NCBI RefSeq assembly: GCF_009914755.1
Contig: NC_060925.1
Origin: the human T2T-CHM13v2.0 reference genome, Homo sapiens
Length of the DNA: 64,000 bases
Reading direction: 5' to 3' (one strand)
Shown: piece after piece, positions 12,781 to 26,086 of the stretch
How the letters are laid out: each line of letters begins with the position of its first letter
Position numbering within the stretch: the first letter of the stretch is position 1
The notes under the pieces: generated by a model
Told to the model about the DNA's origin: nothing
Seen by the model: only the letters and a program-made list of their open reading frames with translations
Database searches by the model: none
Program-made: the position numbers and the translations under genes

Positions 12781-14861
12781 TACTGGTATTAAAGTTTAAA
12801 TAAAAGAATTTTTTTTAACTGTGAAAAAGAGAGAGACAGAGAGAGACCAAATCTCTTCTGGGAGAAGCAGAGGGTGTGCAGGCCTTTCATCTTTTTGTAT
12901 ATCCAGAATCAGTATTGGATCTGGTATATAGTAGGTAACTATTGAATGTGGATGGTGAGATGAGTGAAGAGGAACAAGAGACTCGTTTATGTGTAGCTTT
13001 ACAAGTCCAACGCATACTCTTTTTATAATTATTTGAAAGACTGGGCAATGGGGAATATTGTACATGTCACATGAGTGGAAAGATACAGGCCCAGAGGGCC
13101 CTAATTTGTGGTGATGTCTTATTGCTGACTGGCAAAGGGGTCACTGCTAAAGCACACATCCCCAGGGACACTGGGGGTATTACGGGCAAGAAGATGCTAC
13201 TGGGTAATTGCACTGATTACTAATGTTGCTAACATTTCTCTTGCTTAATAATCCACTTTTAATATTACCCCTGGCAGTTCTTCGTTCCCATAACACAACA
13301 ATAATTAAATTTGTGTTCAGTTGGTTGTAAATGCACCCAGAGGTCTTAAGCAATGGGTGAATTATACCCATTTAAGTTAGAACATAATGCTAGCATTCAG
13401 CAACCTCAGGAATAAATACTAATTACTAAAGTTCCTTTAAGTTTCACTGTATCACATTAGTTTCCATTTTCATTTTCAAGACAACGTACAGGACAAATGA
13501 CAGGTTTTTATCTCAATATTACAGCAGTCACTCCTCCAGTCCCATAATCCTGAGCTATAGGTTTCCAGAATGGCTTATTTAAAACAGGACCAGGAAATGT
13601 GGCTGTTTTTAAAGGGCCACCTTGGTCTGACATTCCAGAATTTTTTTTTTTTTTTTAGGAAATGAGGAGAAAAAGAGGAAATGCGGCACAGGGCAAGGGC
13701 TAGGAAAGGTGCTTTGCCTGCTCTGTTTGCGAGGGTGCCTTCTATGGTAGATGGCCATGTGGCTGGAGTTTTGTCCCTGTTTTACACATGGCCCCAGGGG
13801 TGTGAAGAAGCCTGCTGGTGTCAAGCCTTTTTAAAAATTTATTTCCAGGGTTGGGATTCTGTTCCTTCTTTAAAGCACTCATTATTTCTCCCTTTTAACA
13901 TGGAAGATGGAGAAAGGTCTCTCCTTTGTGGTCTTGGGTCTTCACAATGCCCAGTCTGTTCCTGGCTCTGTTATTGAACTTCAAGCAAACATGAGTACTA
14001 AACCACACCTGGCCCCGTTCCAGCAGGCTCTGCCGTTTCGTGCCCCCGACCCTGGTTCATGAGGCTCCCTCCCACCTCTTTTTTTTCCCTTGGATAATTT
14101 CTGTTGTCATACGACCTCCCCCAGACAGGCTCCTAATATCCCCCTGCCCACTCCAGCATGGGAGAGCATGTCTGGGTTTGCGGTGCTTACCCTGCACCGT
14201 TACTCAGTTATCTCTGCACTTCCTGACTGCCTGTGCTCCTGGAACTGGACTGGAAGAAGCTCCCATCACGACTCTCTTTTGGGGGCTGTTCCCTGACTGG
14301 GGTCTTACTTAATGTAACCCAGTGGTGAGAGTTGTTCTTATATTATGCACTGGGTCCATTTTTAAGGGACAGAAAGGGAAAAGGTTTTTCCAAGTGACCA
14401 AGGCTGAGAGGCAGTGGCTAATGGTGCATTAGCTGGAGCTGCTCCCAGGCAGAGCAACAGAACCTGGCAGTGGAGGAGCTGACGGAGTGGAGGGCAGGCT
14501 GGCTCAGCACGCCGGGCCTGTCAAATGTTCTCTGGCAGTACCCACAGATGGCACTAGAGCCTTGGGGATCAGACCACCCCTGGGCACTTCAGGGTTGAGG
14601 GAGCCAGGAGACGAGACTGGAAGGAGGTAGGCAGTGAGTCACCGTCTCTGTGGCTGATCAAAGACTCAAAACTGTACAAAAGGCCTGTCTGGTAATGCTA
14701 GGGCAGCAGAGACCACCACCCGTTGGTGACCTTTTCTGATGGTAAAAGCAAAGGGTGAGATGAAATTGGTGTTTTTACCTGAAAAGGCTGTTAAAGGTTA
14801 AAATGACAAAATAAAATTCAGAGGGTTTGGAGGATTTGGTGTTTACGATTCCTCAAAGTGG

Positions 14862-15020
14862 GTGGAAGGTAGGGAAGAAAGAGAAAGGAAGAGAGAGAGA
14901 AAGATGCAAAGAGAGAGAGAAAGATGCAAAGAGAAGAGAGAAGCAGGAGAGTAGAAGAGAGGAGAGAAGCAGGAGAGTAGAAAAGAGGAGAGAAGAAGGA
15001 GGGAAGAATGAGGAAGGGGG
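14862..15020. repeat. GA-rich low-complexity tract
   Basis: Seen directly; contains GAGAGAGAAAGATGCAAA twice. Confidence 0.85.
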
Positions 15021-15265
15021 CTGAGATATTTAGGATATAATGAAAGCACAGAAACAGGGCGGACAAGGGGCATAGAAGGGGGAGCAGGGCCATGGGGGAG
15101 AACAGTCCACCCAAAGGGTGATGCGGAGAAGACGGGCTGGCAGAAGCAGGACTGAAATGTTAAGGAGGGGAGGCCCAGAGAAAAGAAGCCAGGCCCATTC
15201 TTAAGACAGGCATGCCCCCCAGTGCCCCTAGGACTCAGAAGACACGCATCTTTCTTTCAGGATCT

Positions 15266-15271
15266 TTTATT
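15266..15271 (-). terminator. TNR: Candidate distal polyadenylation signal AATAAA
   Basis: tttatt on + strand; further copies at 15439-15450 and 16631-16636. Confidence 0.65.
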
Positions 15272-15813
15272 AACGTATAGAAAATGTGTTTAAAAAAGGA
15301 ACTATACAGAGGCTAAAAGCAACCAGGACTAAAAATACTAGTTAACAATGGTTAACAAGCAGAGATTCCAGTCTTTGAGCTACAGTGCCATGAAAGGATC
15401 AGAGAAGTTGGTTTTTCCTCTCCCTTCCTCTGTACATTTTTATTTTTATTTTAGCTAATTAAAGTGTGCATCGTCTGAGGAGTATGTACTCCATTTTCTT
15501 TTTTTTTTCTTCCTTCCAGTCTTTCTTTTAAGTAAGCGCTTTTTCAAGCTCATTGTAGCTACAAAGTCAATAAATTGGTCTTTGTTATTTTTACCTGAAA
15601 AGGCTGTTAAAGGTTAAAATGACAAACTCAAATTCAAAGGGATTGGAGGATTTGGTGTTTATGATTTCTCAGAACAACAATCTAGAGACCACCAGGGTGG
15701 GTTTCAGCTGCTCGGAGCCCCAGTTAATGACCCCCTCAGTGTCACAGTGATTTGCTTAGGGTACTTGGGCATCCCCATGGGCCTGGGGAGTATTCGAGGT
15801 TGGAATCATTAGA

Positions 15814-15867
15814 TGTGTGTGTTTGTGCATGTGCACCTGTGTATGTGTGCATGCATGTGTGTGTGTG

Positions 15868-15901
<34 letters not shown>
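15814..15901. repeat. (TG)n microsatellite; reads (CA)n in TNR mRNA
   Basis: Seen directly. Confidence 0.95.
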
Positions 15902-15905
<4 letters not shown>

Positions 15906-17059
15906 ATTGGAAGGAGGAGCCTGTGTGTTAACCAAAATAGACTCACATAGATTCTAAACCTTGAGTCTGTGGGACCATGGTGTGAGTCTGGGCCTCCGCA
16001 GTTGGTAAAGGAGCACTTAGTTGGCCGACATTTTTGCAGGAATTGAAGTGTCTATTGCATCTAATGCACAGGTGTCACTGCTGCCCAAGCAGCCCCCACA
16101 CTGGAATGGAACCAGTGTTCTGGGGTTCTTTCTTGGGGAGATCTATTCCTTTATATATAAACATCATTCAATTAAAGGGAAGGGGTTTATGTCTGGAGTT
16201 TTGGCCTGGCAGCTAAAAATACCAGGTTGCCAAGTACTGATTTCCTTCTAAATTCCCCAAAGTAGCAGAGAAAGCTGATATTGTAGCCAACTGTCTTCTG
16301 ATGCCTTCCCACCCACTAGGGATGTGGGGCAGGTAAGGAGTGGGGAAAAGAAACCAGGGGGATAAGTAAACTGAATGTATCTCCTGCCTTCTAGCCTCAT
16401 TCCCCAAATATTTCCACTGATGTACTCCCGCAGGGGACTGTGAAGGTGTTTGTACCCCTGGGAGTCTGGAAGGAGGTAGCCTAAATCAGTCTACAACCTG
16501 CTGGAGTTAGCCTCAAAATTTATAGGATATCTGCATTTGTGCTATCCATACTGGTTTGAATACACTAATAATATAATCCTTTCTTCCCAAATTCTGGAGT
16601 AAAATTGATGCTCTGAGAACATGTGCCATGTTTATTCTGTGGCTTCTCCTTCCTCAATCCTGGCTACACTGCCTGCTCCAGCTTGGAAAAAATGACTGGA
16701 TATCCCACTCTTCTAATGTTGGGATGTTCCCAAAAGAGTGGGGTGGGGGGTATTGGGTTTATGTTCTGGTTCTTATCTTCCCCCTCTCATTCTGTTGGGG
16801 ACCCTCTCCCTCGTCTACCAAATTTAAAAAGAAAGAAAAGGAAAGAGATGTCAGAATGTTTCTTATTCCCCATGATGATGAGATTGAGGGTCCCCTGGAG
16901 TACATGGCAAAAATAATGCAAGAATTTCCTTTTCTTAAAAGTCAGAAGAAGTGGCATCAAAGCCCCCTTGTAAGAATATTAGTAAAATCCAAGATGGTGG
17001 TCACTCAGCTAAATAAATATAAAGAGCAGCCTCATGAAGTGGAAAAATCAAGGGCTTCA

Positions 17060-17450
17060 AAATTAGACAAAGGTTCAGATTATGGCTCTATTTAGTAGCT
17101 GTGTGACTTTGAGCATGTTACTTAACCTTCCTGGCCCTCCCTTCCCTCTTCTATAAAATGGTTAAACCTGACTTAAAGTTTATGGTGAGGATTTAGTAAA
17201 GTAATATATGTAAAGCCCTTTGCACAGTATCTGGTAAATAGTGGGTATGCAATAAATGCTATTTATCTTAGTCTTCATTTGTGGAGAATCAAATTAAAAA
17301 GCCTATACCAGACCTGAACTCAGCTCTGTTACTAATTGCCTGTGTGAATGTGAGCAAATTGCCTAAACTTTCTTGCCCTTGGTTTCCTTGAGAGGAAATA
17401 AAATGAGAGGATTATATTAGATGATCTTGAGTCCCATCCAGCTCTGAAAG
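17060..17450 (+). mobile_element. Two MIR fragments
   Basis: GCTGTGTGACTTTGAGCATGTTACTTAACC and similar MIR core. Confidence 0.65.
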
Positions 17451-19868
17451 TGTATTTCCAACATTTGCCTGTTGGAGGCAGTGTTGAGCATATTAGTGCT
17501 CCATGTCAGAATATTAAAGAGCAACACAGGGTCTCCCTAGGGGCTGCTAAACCAGTGATGGGAAGAAAATAACAGTTCATGCATTCTTGTCCTTGTGTTC
17601 ACTTACTGACAGTGCATCTGGACTGAAACCCTTTCTTGTGACCTAGGTGTTCTAGACCTGTTGGGTGTATGGCTTGCTTCTCAGGGAAGATGTTTGCACC
17701 ACCTGACCTGAATCCATGGTGCCAGTGAGTGAGTGCCAGTACCCAGGAGAGCTGGCCTCATAAGGATAATAGAGTTAAATGTTTTTGAACTGGAACTTTA
17801 GCATTAGCCTGGCTTCATGGCCCAGACAATAAGGAGCTGTTTTATGAAGTTATCAGAGGGGGCTGAGTGTGTCTGAGGAACAAGAGCTGTGTTATTTGGA
17901 TGCACTGCAAGAGCCTTATTAAGCTTGAGGAAGGAGAGAGGATTTCCCCTTTGGAGAAAATGCAACACTGTCCAAAGACTGTGAGGTTTGCCAAGGACAT
18001 TTGGACAATGAAGTGCTGCAGGTGCAATGAAGTCATGTTTCAGGCAAAGATTGACCTTAAAAAAATAAACAGAATGCTGGAGATGACAAATCAGGCTTGT
18101 GACTACTGGTGACGCAAAAGTCAGATCCAGGCAGAACTGGTTGAGCAAAGAAAGAAAGTCCTTCTGCTTCTGGTTTTCGGTGCAGTGACAGGCCTTGGTG
18201 CCTTAGTTTCTCCTCAAGTTAAGTGGGTGAATGGCAGAAGCTCTGGTGGGAGGCTGGAGGCCAGAACGTGAGAAGCCAATGCTGCTTCCTCTCCCATGGC
18301 CGCTCCTGCCTTGTCTCTGCCTTTCAGTGTGGTGCCACCGGTAGAAGGCTTGTTTTGAATCTCCAATGATCCATCAGCTTCTTCTTAATTTTATATTTTT
18401 CTTCTTTCCACCTGTTTCTCAAGGCTTGATGAATGTAGAACTGGCATAAACAAATCCAGAGTGGATACAATTAGAAAGAACCAGAGACATTTTTTCAAAT
18501 TGGACCTGAATCTACACCAATACATCATCTTAAAGCATATAGGAGTTACTTTCCCTGCTTGCTTTTGAAAGTTTTCATTTGGTCTGTGAGTTCTCATCTG
18601 GACTGGTAGTGTCCAAATGACCCAGTATTGTTGAAGAAAGCTTTATCACATATGTGTAGGATTGGGTTATGGAAGAAGCAAAGGTTTGAGGAGGCATTCA
18701 GCTAAACATCTTCAGGAATGTGGTCAAAGAGAGGCTACAGGAACAACCCCAGGGGCCAGCCTGTAACTCAGCTTTCTTTAGAGGATAGACCCTCTCTGTC
18801 ATGGTAACCTGGATGAAAGCAGACCATCAGGGAAGTGAGGCAGAGCTGAGTATGCAGCTCCTGGCATCTGGGTGGGAGGCAGACTCCCAGACTTCACACA
18901 TCTGCCCCATTCCTCTGAGGTCCTGAGACTCCTCCTGCAGCCGTGGCAAGTTTGAAGCAAGTGAAAACAAATTATCCCAACTTCTTTGGGATTATTGAAA
19001 CTGAACTGAATTTTGAATCTTTCAGAGGTTTCTTAATAAAAATTTAAGAGTGGACAGTGAGATGCAAGGAAGGTGGAAAGTGTCCCCCAACCCCATGCCC
19101 TACCTCCTTGGAAGAAAAGACATGGAACTAAGAAATCAGATTGACTAGTATTCTGGTGATAAGAAAGCAAGCAGTAGAATACCATATATCCTGGGCATGT
19201 GGCCCCACCTTTCCTGAAATTCTGGGTGGAGGTTACAAAAAAGAAAAAGAAAAAGAAAAAATGTTTTCATGTCCCTAGGGTATTTGCAAATCCAGGTCAC
19301 CAGCTAGTCTATTTCAACACCCATAGCTTGGTGTATCTAGTGTTCTTGCATGTTCTGTCTTTTCTCCAGAGGAGAGGACAAAGAGGAACTCATAAACTCT
19401 TTCCCAACTGATGCTTTTACAAGAGCTATTTGAAAAGATTCCACAATGACTTTTTGTCCCTTAATCTACAGCTCTGCTCTGAGACTGGATTTGAAAAGTA
19501 AAAATGTGATTAGGATTGTTTGGTTTGGCATTGAGGTTATTGGCAACCATGGTTCTTTAGGTCTGGCTTTGAAATATCAGGGTGCTGGTTGGTTCTCAGG
19601 TGGAAGGAAGCGGGGCATTAGGAGTCCTACCACTTTATGAGTGGTAGAGGGGGAAGTTGGTAGGTGAGGGACAGGTGGATTCAAATATTTGTAGATGTTT
19701 GCTTTGCATTTCCTTGCTGCCATATGTTGTTGTTGTTCTTTTACAAATCAATCTCCCATACAAATCAGCTGGCCGGTTTTCCTGAGTCCTGGTTTGGCTC
19801 TCCTGGAAACTTGGAGACGTGGCCTTTCTCAACCCCGCTGACGTTTCACACGGGGTTTCAGGAGGTGA

Positions 19869-19885
19869 CTGCCACCTTGTGGCCA
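19869..19885 (-). promoter_or_regulatory. Candidate CTCF site TGGCCACAAGGTGGCAG
   Basis: Close match to the CTCF core CCAC(C/T)AGGTGGCAG; motif only. Confidence 0.55.
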
Positions 19886-20750
19886 CACTTAGCAAGTCCC
19901 CTTCCACCAGTTCACTGTGGTCTCAAGGCCAACAGTTTTCCACAGACTTGTCATTCTTGCCACCTCTTCTACACCTGACCCCTTCACCTTCCAGAAATAA
20001 CCCTGGTGAATGTGCATCTGATATGTTGGAAATTATCTTTATATGTTGGGGAAATGCAAAAAAGGGAAACTGCCTGGACCTTGGGTCTAGACAGTGAATC
20101 TATTGCAGTCATTGGTGGTGGTTTTGGTTTTGGGTATTAGTACATATCCTGATGTGTCTGTAGTTAAACAGCCTCTGAGAAGGGTCTACCTCGATTCCTT
20201 TTGAGTCCCTTGAGGGAAACTGGTGTGCATAGGGTGGGTGCTTTGAGAGTATTGCTTACTGGATCTACCTTTGGGAAATGCAGTTGTGCTTGGAGGAGCA
20301 GGATAAGCAGGAATCAGCGAGGAAAGTTATGAGCATTGAGTCAAGTTGACCATAGACCTTGGGATGAGAGTGGGGCACAGTGTCTTTTAAACATGGTGAA
20401 AACTCATGAGAAAATCACCCTATTAAATAAAAGGAATCTATAAATCCTTTTATAGAGGGTTGAATAAGCTGATCTTTGAAGTCTCTTTCTTGCTTCAAAA
20501 TAAAGCTATGCAATGCCGCTGGTACTATTTATAAAAATGTTCCATAGTGTAGAATGGTTTCAATAAAAGGAAGATTTTTGTTTCCACTGATGTTTCTTGA
20601 CTTTCACCTGAATTGACAACACATAATCTTTTTCCATTTCAACTTCCTTGATGAAGTGGGCGTGCTGGCACCACCCAGGTACCTGGTCTCTGTTTTTATG
20701 GACAAAAAGAGTTCAGCCTCTCACTCGGCATGATCTTTTCTGCAGTATTT

Positions 20751-20752
<2 letters not shown>

Positions 20753-20789
<37 letters not shown>

Positions 20790-20886
20790 ACTTATGACTC
20801 CTGAATCAATCTCTCTCTTTTCTTTCCCTCCCTCCCTCCCCTTCCTTCTTTCCTTCCTTCCTTCCTTCCTTCTTTCCTTCTTTCCT
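20753..20886. repeat. (TG)n followed by a (TTCC)n tract
   Basis: Seen directly. Confidence 0.92.
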
Positions 20887-22556
20887 CATTAAACAGGGAG
20901 TCTAGTGAATTTTCATTACCTAATTGTGCTGTCCCACCATGCCAATTTCTACTTAGGTTTTCAGATCACAGATTAGCATCATTGACCGTCAAAACTGAAA
21001 GGGAAATTAGAACTCATTCTAGTCTAATCTCTCATCTGACAGATGAAGAAACTGGCCCAGAGAGGTGAAACAACCCAGCCGATGTCATGTCGTAGCTAAG
21101 ATGACAGCTGTTGGCCTGTACCTCGGCCCTCAAGTTTCCCATGCAATGTGCTTCCTACTATTCATTGTTGCCCCGTCTCTAGGTAAGTCTTCTGTAATTT
21201 ACATGCTTGTTGAAAGGATCTGTTTCTGTTTTTTCCTCCTCCCAGTTTGTTGAAGCCCATGGTTAACTGAGAAATGCAAGTGGTGCCTAGGTTTTTCAGG
21301 GTTATGCCTGTCACATCCACACTGCCGCAGTGAACAAAGCCTAGAAGCCTGCGGCAAGGGAAGCGCCTCCATTCAATGGTGGCTGGCTGCATCCCCATGA
21401 GGTCCGAGGCCTGATGGTCAGCCCAAGGGACTTTTCATCTTGGTTCTCAAAGCTTGGTAAGAGTGAGGATATTTCCATTAGAAAATTGCCGACACTAAGG
21501 CTCATCCAGTAACTGGTTGGCAAAGGTACACACTGCTCTGGTCAGACAAACATAGGCACTACAGAAAATGGTGCTGGGCCTTGAGGAATGGGAGAGGAAA
21601 GGGAGAAGACAGCTCAGGGAACTGGGCATGGATTTGGGCAGATGTTGCGGGGATGGTTGCTGATATTGGATTTGGAGGAGAAATTGAAAGGTCACGGCTT
21701 CTAGAGCATCTAGCTCTCTTGGGCTTAAGATCAAATTGTGCTAGTGAAGACAGTGCATCTCATAAAATGGGAAGTAGGCCCACAGTTATCACCTATTCAC
21801 CTTTGGATTTCTGGATGTAATTTCCTTTGGCTATTGTCATTTTTCCTTTGCAAGGCAGAATAATAAAAGAAGATGGAAAGGCTTCTCATGATCTCACCTC
21901 ATTAAGAAGGTCATTCCTGTTTCCCATAGGACCAAAAAAGAAAAAAAAAATCAACCTCTTTCCAGGATTATCAGTCAGGGGTATAGCTCTCTGGGCATAT
22001 ACCTTCTTCTCCTGACTCTTATTAAGCCACCTACACTAAGGAGGGCTTGGGTGAAGATAGATATGAGGCCTTCGGTTTGCAATTCAGAAAAAAAGAATCT
22101 GTGACAAATAGGACCAGAAATGGAGAAAACAGGGCTAGGGAAGATCTGTGTTTCCCATGGAAACTATAATCTCTATGGCAGTGCCCTGATTTTGACTTCT
22201 TCAGTCCTTTCCTCAATGCTTGACCCAAAAGTGCTAAAAACTACAACCATCTCCCCCTCCTACCTTTGCAGAAAGTGACTGTCTGTCTGACCTGAGGGTG
22301 GGGGCAGTGGCTGATGACTCACAGGCACATAGCCACTGTGCCACCCAGGGCCAGGAGCAGGCAATGCCTTGGGAACTAGATTCCAAAATGCTGGTTGGGC
22401 TTTTGAGGCTCTGGGGTCTAAGACAGGATGGGATTAGGCAAAAGACTCCATCAGGGCCAGAAAAGAGCCACTGTTCTTGAAAGGTAACAGGACATGTGGC
22501 TGGTATAATAAGAGTGTCAGAAGATGAGAATCTTTGGCCCATTATAAAGGACTTGG

Positions 22557-22906
22557 GGCTGGATGCAGTGGCTGTAGCCTGTAATCCCAGCATTTTGGGA
22601 GGCTGAGGTGGGAGGATTGTTCAAGGCCAGGAGTTTGTGACCAGCCTGGACAACACAGTGAGACCCCCATCTCTACAAAAAATAAAAGAAAAATCAGCCA
22701 GGTATGGTGGCTCATGCCTGTAGTCCCAGCTACTCAAGAGGCTGAGATGAGAGGATCACTTAAGCTCAGGAAGTCGAGGCTGTAGTGAGCTGAGATTGCA
22801 CCACTGCACTCCAGACTGAGCAAGAGTGAGATACTGTCAAGAAAGAAAGGAGGGAAGGAGGGAAGGCAGGAAAGAAGGAAGGGAGGAAGGAAGGAAGGAA
22901 GGAAAA
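22557..22906 (+). mobile_element. AluJ-like element with (GGAA)n tail, antisense within the TNR 3' UTR
   Basis: Alu dimer; AluJ-type GGAGGATCACTTAAGCTCAGG; tail 22840-22906. Confidence 0.9.
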
Positions 22907-23417
22907 GAACCTGGGTTGTTGGGATGCGGTGTAGTTGATCTGTTTCCTTTTAAGGGGAATTGTTGGCAAAACTCTCTTGCTGAGGCTCTTTTCTCTGGGC
23001 CAGTGTGAGAACCTGGCCATGTCAGGCTGTGACAAAATCACAAATACCTGGAAGGCAGAGGACATCTCAGAAGAAGGGTAGAAAAATGTGTGTGCCTGTC
23101 ACCATAACAATCTGCACCCCACGACTTGGCTTTGAATTGGCCCTTTAAGAAAACTTCCTACTTCTCCTCCTTGGTGGGAAAGGAGGTGAAGGTTGAGGAG
23201 GCCTGGGTAGGAGGGAGAATGGAGACTGAGGGTCAGGCTCCAGGGCAGCAGAAACCAAGAGCAGATGTTAGCCAGCGGATTCCTGCGACATCCCTGCTTC
23301 CTTCACATACTCTTAATATGTTGCAAAACACATTGCTATTACCCTCCCCCCTTGTTTCATATTATAAAATACAAACAAATGACAGAAAATATTGGTTGGC
23401 TTGCAGCCGCCCACTGC

Positions 23418-23561
<144 letters not shown>

Positions 23562-24392
23562 TCAGGTCATCCCCCACCATGGAACGCCCCACTTCAAAAA
23601 AGGGGTAATTATGGGAACAGGGAATCCACAATGTGGGGTTAGCTATTTTCAGCTAACATGAAGCTTCAAGGCCGAGTTCCCAATAAAGTGAAAGGGGCAG
23701 AGTCTCTTTCTAGCTTTCTCCTTAAATGTGCCGGTGGCCTGGGTCTTTCCAGGGAACATGTTGCAGGTCATTCCTTATTGCCAGCTTTGTTTTTGGCTTC
23801 CAGGAGTGGCATGCACCAGTAGATGGTTGTGAAATCCCAACAGGGTGGAAGCATTTGGAAGAGAATAACTGTGTTTGACTGCTCACTCCTAATGGGAGAC
23901 TTAGGCGGTTTCTACCTAGGGTGACAAACCCTTTTGGTTTGCCTAGAACTGAAGGGCTTCCCTGATGTGGGCTGTTTCAGTGTTAACACTTAGAAAGTCT
24001 AGTTGGTCATGGTGGTCTCCCTGTCACCCAGCTTAGCCTATAAACTTGTGGTCTCTGATAGGGAAAGATTGTCCAGTTCACACTGGTATTTTCGATGTCT
24101 ACCTTCCTGGGACCATTTTTAGGGTAAAGTTGAGTCTGTGAAGCTGTCCCCAGGACTGATAAGCTCTCTTCATGGGATCTTCTGGATCCAAGGGCTTCTC
24201 TGGGTAAGTTCTGGCTCCTGGGTCCTTTCCTTTCCTTCCTCTGGCTTCTACTCTGTCCTGATCTTATCCCATTGTCTGCATTATTTTTCTCAAGACTCAA
24301 AATATTTCTTTTTAAAGGGAAATGAAGGACTCACATGTGCTTTTAAAACATAAAGCTAAGGGAGCACGGATTCCACAGCTCTGGCTCATTCA

Positions 24393-24617
<225 letters not shown>

Positions 24618-25290
24618 TCACTGCTTTATCAGGATTTTCTGGACACTTGACCCACTTCCAGCAAACCTGGCTTCCACTTATGGAACCTTTTCATTTCCAC
24701 CCAGTTTCTCAGAGTGGCTGTGCTGAACTCTTACTCCACCTTACCCCTGGGGCCAACCACTTCCATGCTACTCTCTCCAACCCACTTCCTAATCCCTTTG
24801 ACCACCTTTGCTGAGAATTTTCTCCACTTAACCCCATCTCATTGCCCACCCCACCCCCAACCCTCAGCTGTTTCCTCCCAGCCTGTACGTGGACACAGGC
24901 CACTCATGGTTCCTCCTGTCTTCAGAGGAGATGGTGATGAGCCAGGCAGACTTGGGCCATTCTAGGGCACCACCATGCAGCCTCAGCCTGGCTTCTACCT
25001 GGCTTACCAGGCCTGCTCAGATGACACCCAAGAAACTGCATTCTGAACTTGAGGCCACATGGGAAGAGGGGCATCAGCAAATTAGAATTCCCATCCGTAA
25101 GAAACAGGATGATGAAAAAAACATAACCATGTCAAAGGAGAAGTGCTTGGGACATCTGGGCTGTATCTTGGGGAAGAGCGGACTTCAAGAGGGAGACATG
25201 GCCTGTGATCACTGTCACCAAATATTTGATGGGCTATTGAGAAAAAAATTAAATAAATTCTGTGGGGAAGTATGAGGATTAGTAGGTGGA

Positions 25291-26086
25291 GATGAAGACA
25301 TTTATGCAGCCAACAGACACATAAAAAATGCTCATCATCACTGGCCGTCAGAGAAATGCAAATCAAAACCACAATGAGATACCATCTCACACCAGTTAGA
25401 ATGGCGATCATTAAAAAGTCAGGAAACAGCAGGTGCTGGAGAGGATGTGGAGAAATAGAAACACTTTTATACTGTTGGTGGGACTAAAAACTATTTCAAC
25501 CATTGTGGAAGACAGTGTGGCGATTCCTCAAGGATCTAGAACTAGAAATACCATTTGACCCAGCCATCCCATTACTGGGTATATACTCAAAGGATTATCA
25601 GTCATTCCGCTATAGAGACACATGCACACATATGTTTATTGCAGCACTATTCACAATAGCAAAGACTTGGAACCAACCCAAATGTCCATCAATAATAGAC
25701 TGGATAAAGAAAATGTGGCACATCTATACCATGGAATACTATGCAGCCATAAAAAAGAATGAGTTCATGTCCTTTGCAGGGACATGGATGAAGCTGGAAA
25801 CCATCATTCTCAGCAAACTATCTCAAGGACAGAAAACCAAACACAGCATGTTCTCACTCATAGGTGGGAATTAAACAATGAGAACACTTGGACACAGGGT
25901 GGGGAACATCACACACCAGGGCCTGTTGTGGGGTGGGGGTAGGGGGGAGGGATAGCATTAGGAGATATACCTAATGTAAATGACAAGTTAATGGGTGCAG
26001 CACACCAACATGGCACATGTATACATATGTAACAAACCTGCACATTGTGCACATGTACCCTAGAACTTAGAGTGTAATAAAAAAAG
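25291..26086 (+). mobile_element. 5'-truncated L1PA (ORF2 C-terminus and 3' UTR)
   Basis: ORF 25503-25874 is L1 ORF2 C-terminus (WKTVWRFLKDLELEIPFDPAIPLLGIY); G-rich 3' UTR tract; AATAAAA tail. Confidence 0.95.

Larger units (their letters stand above)
15250..23417 (-). other. TNR: Inferred long (~8.2 kb) TNR 3' UTR
   Basis: Follows the stop codon; comparatively repeat-poor; ends near AATAAA at 15266-15271 after an AT-rich block; shorter isoforms are possible. Confidence 0.7.

Noticed and set aside
14541-14556. Second CTCF-like motif CCCACAGATGGCAC
   Set aside because: Mismatches in the core; too weak to call.
25503-25874. 123 aa ORF with real protein similarity
   Set aside because: C-terminus of L1 ORF2 in a 5'-truncated L1PA, not a host gene.
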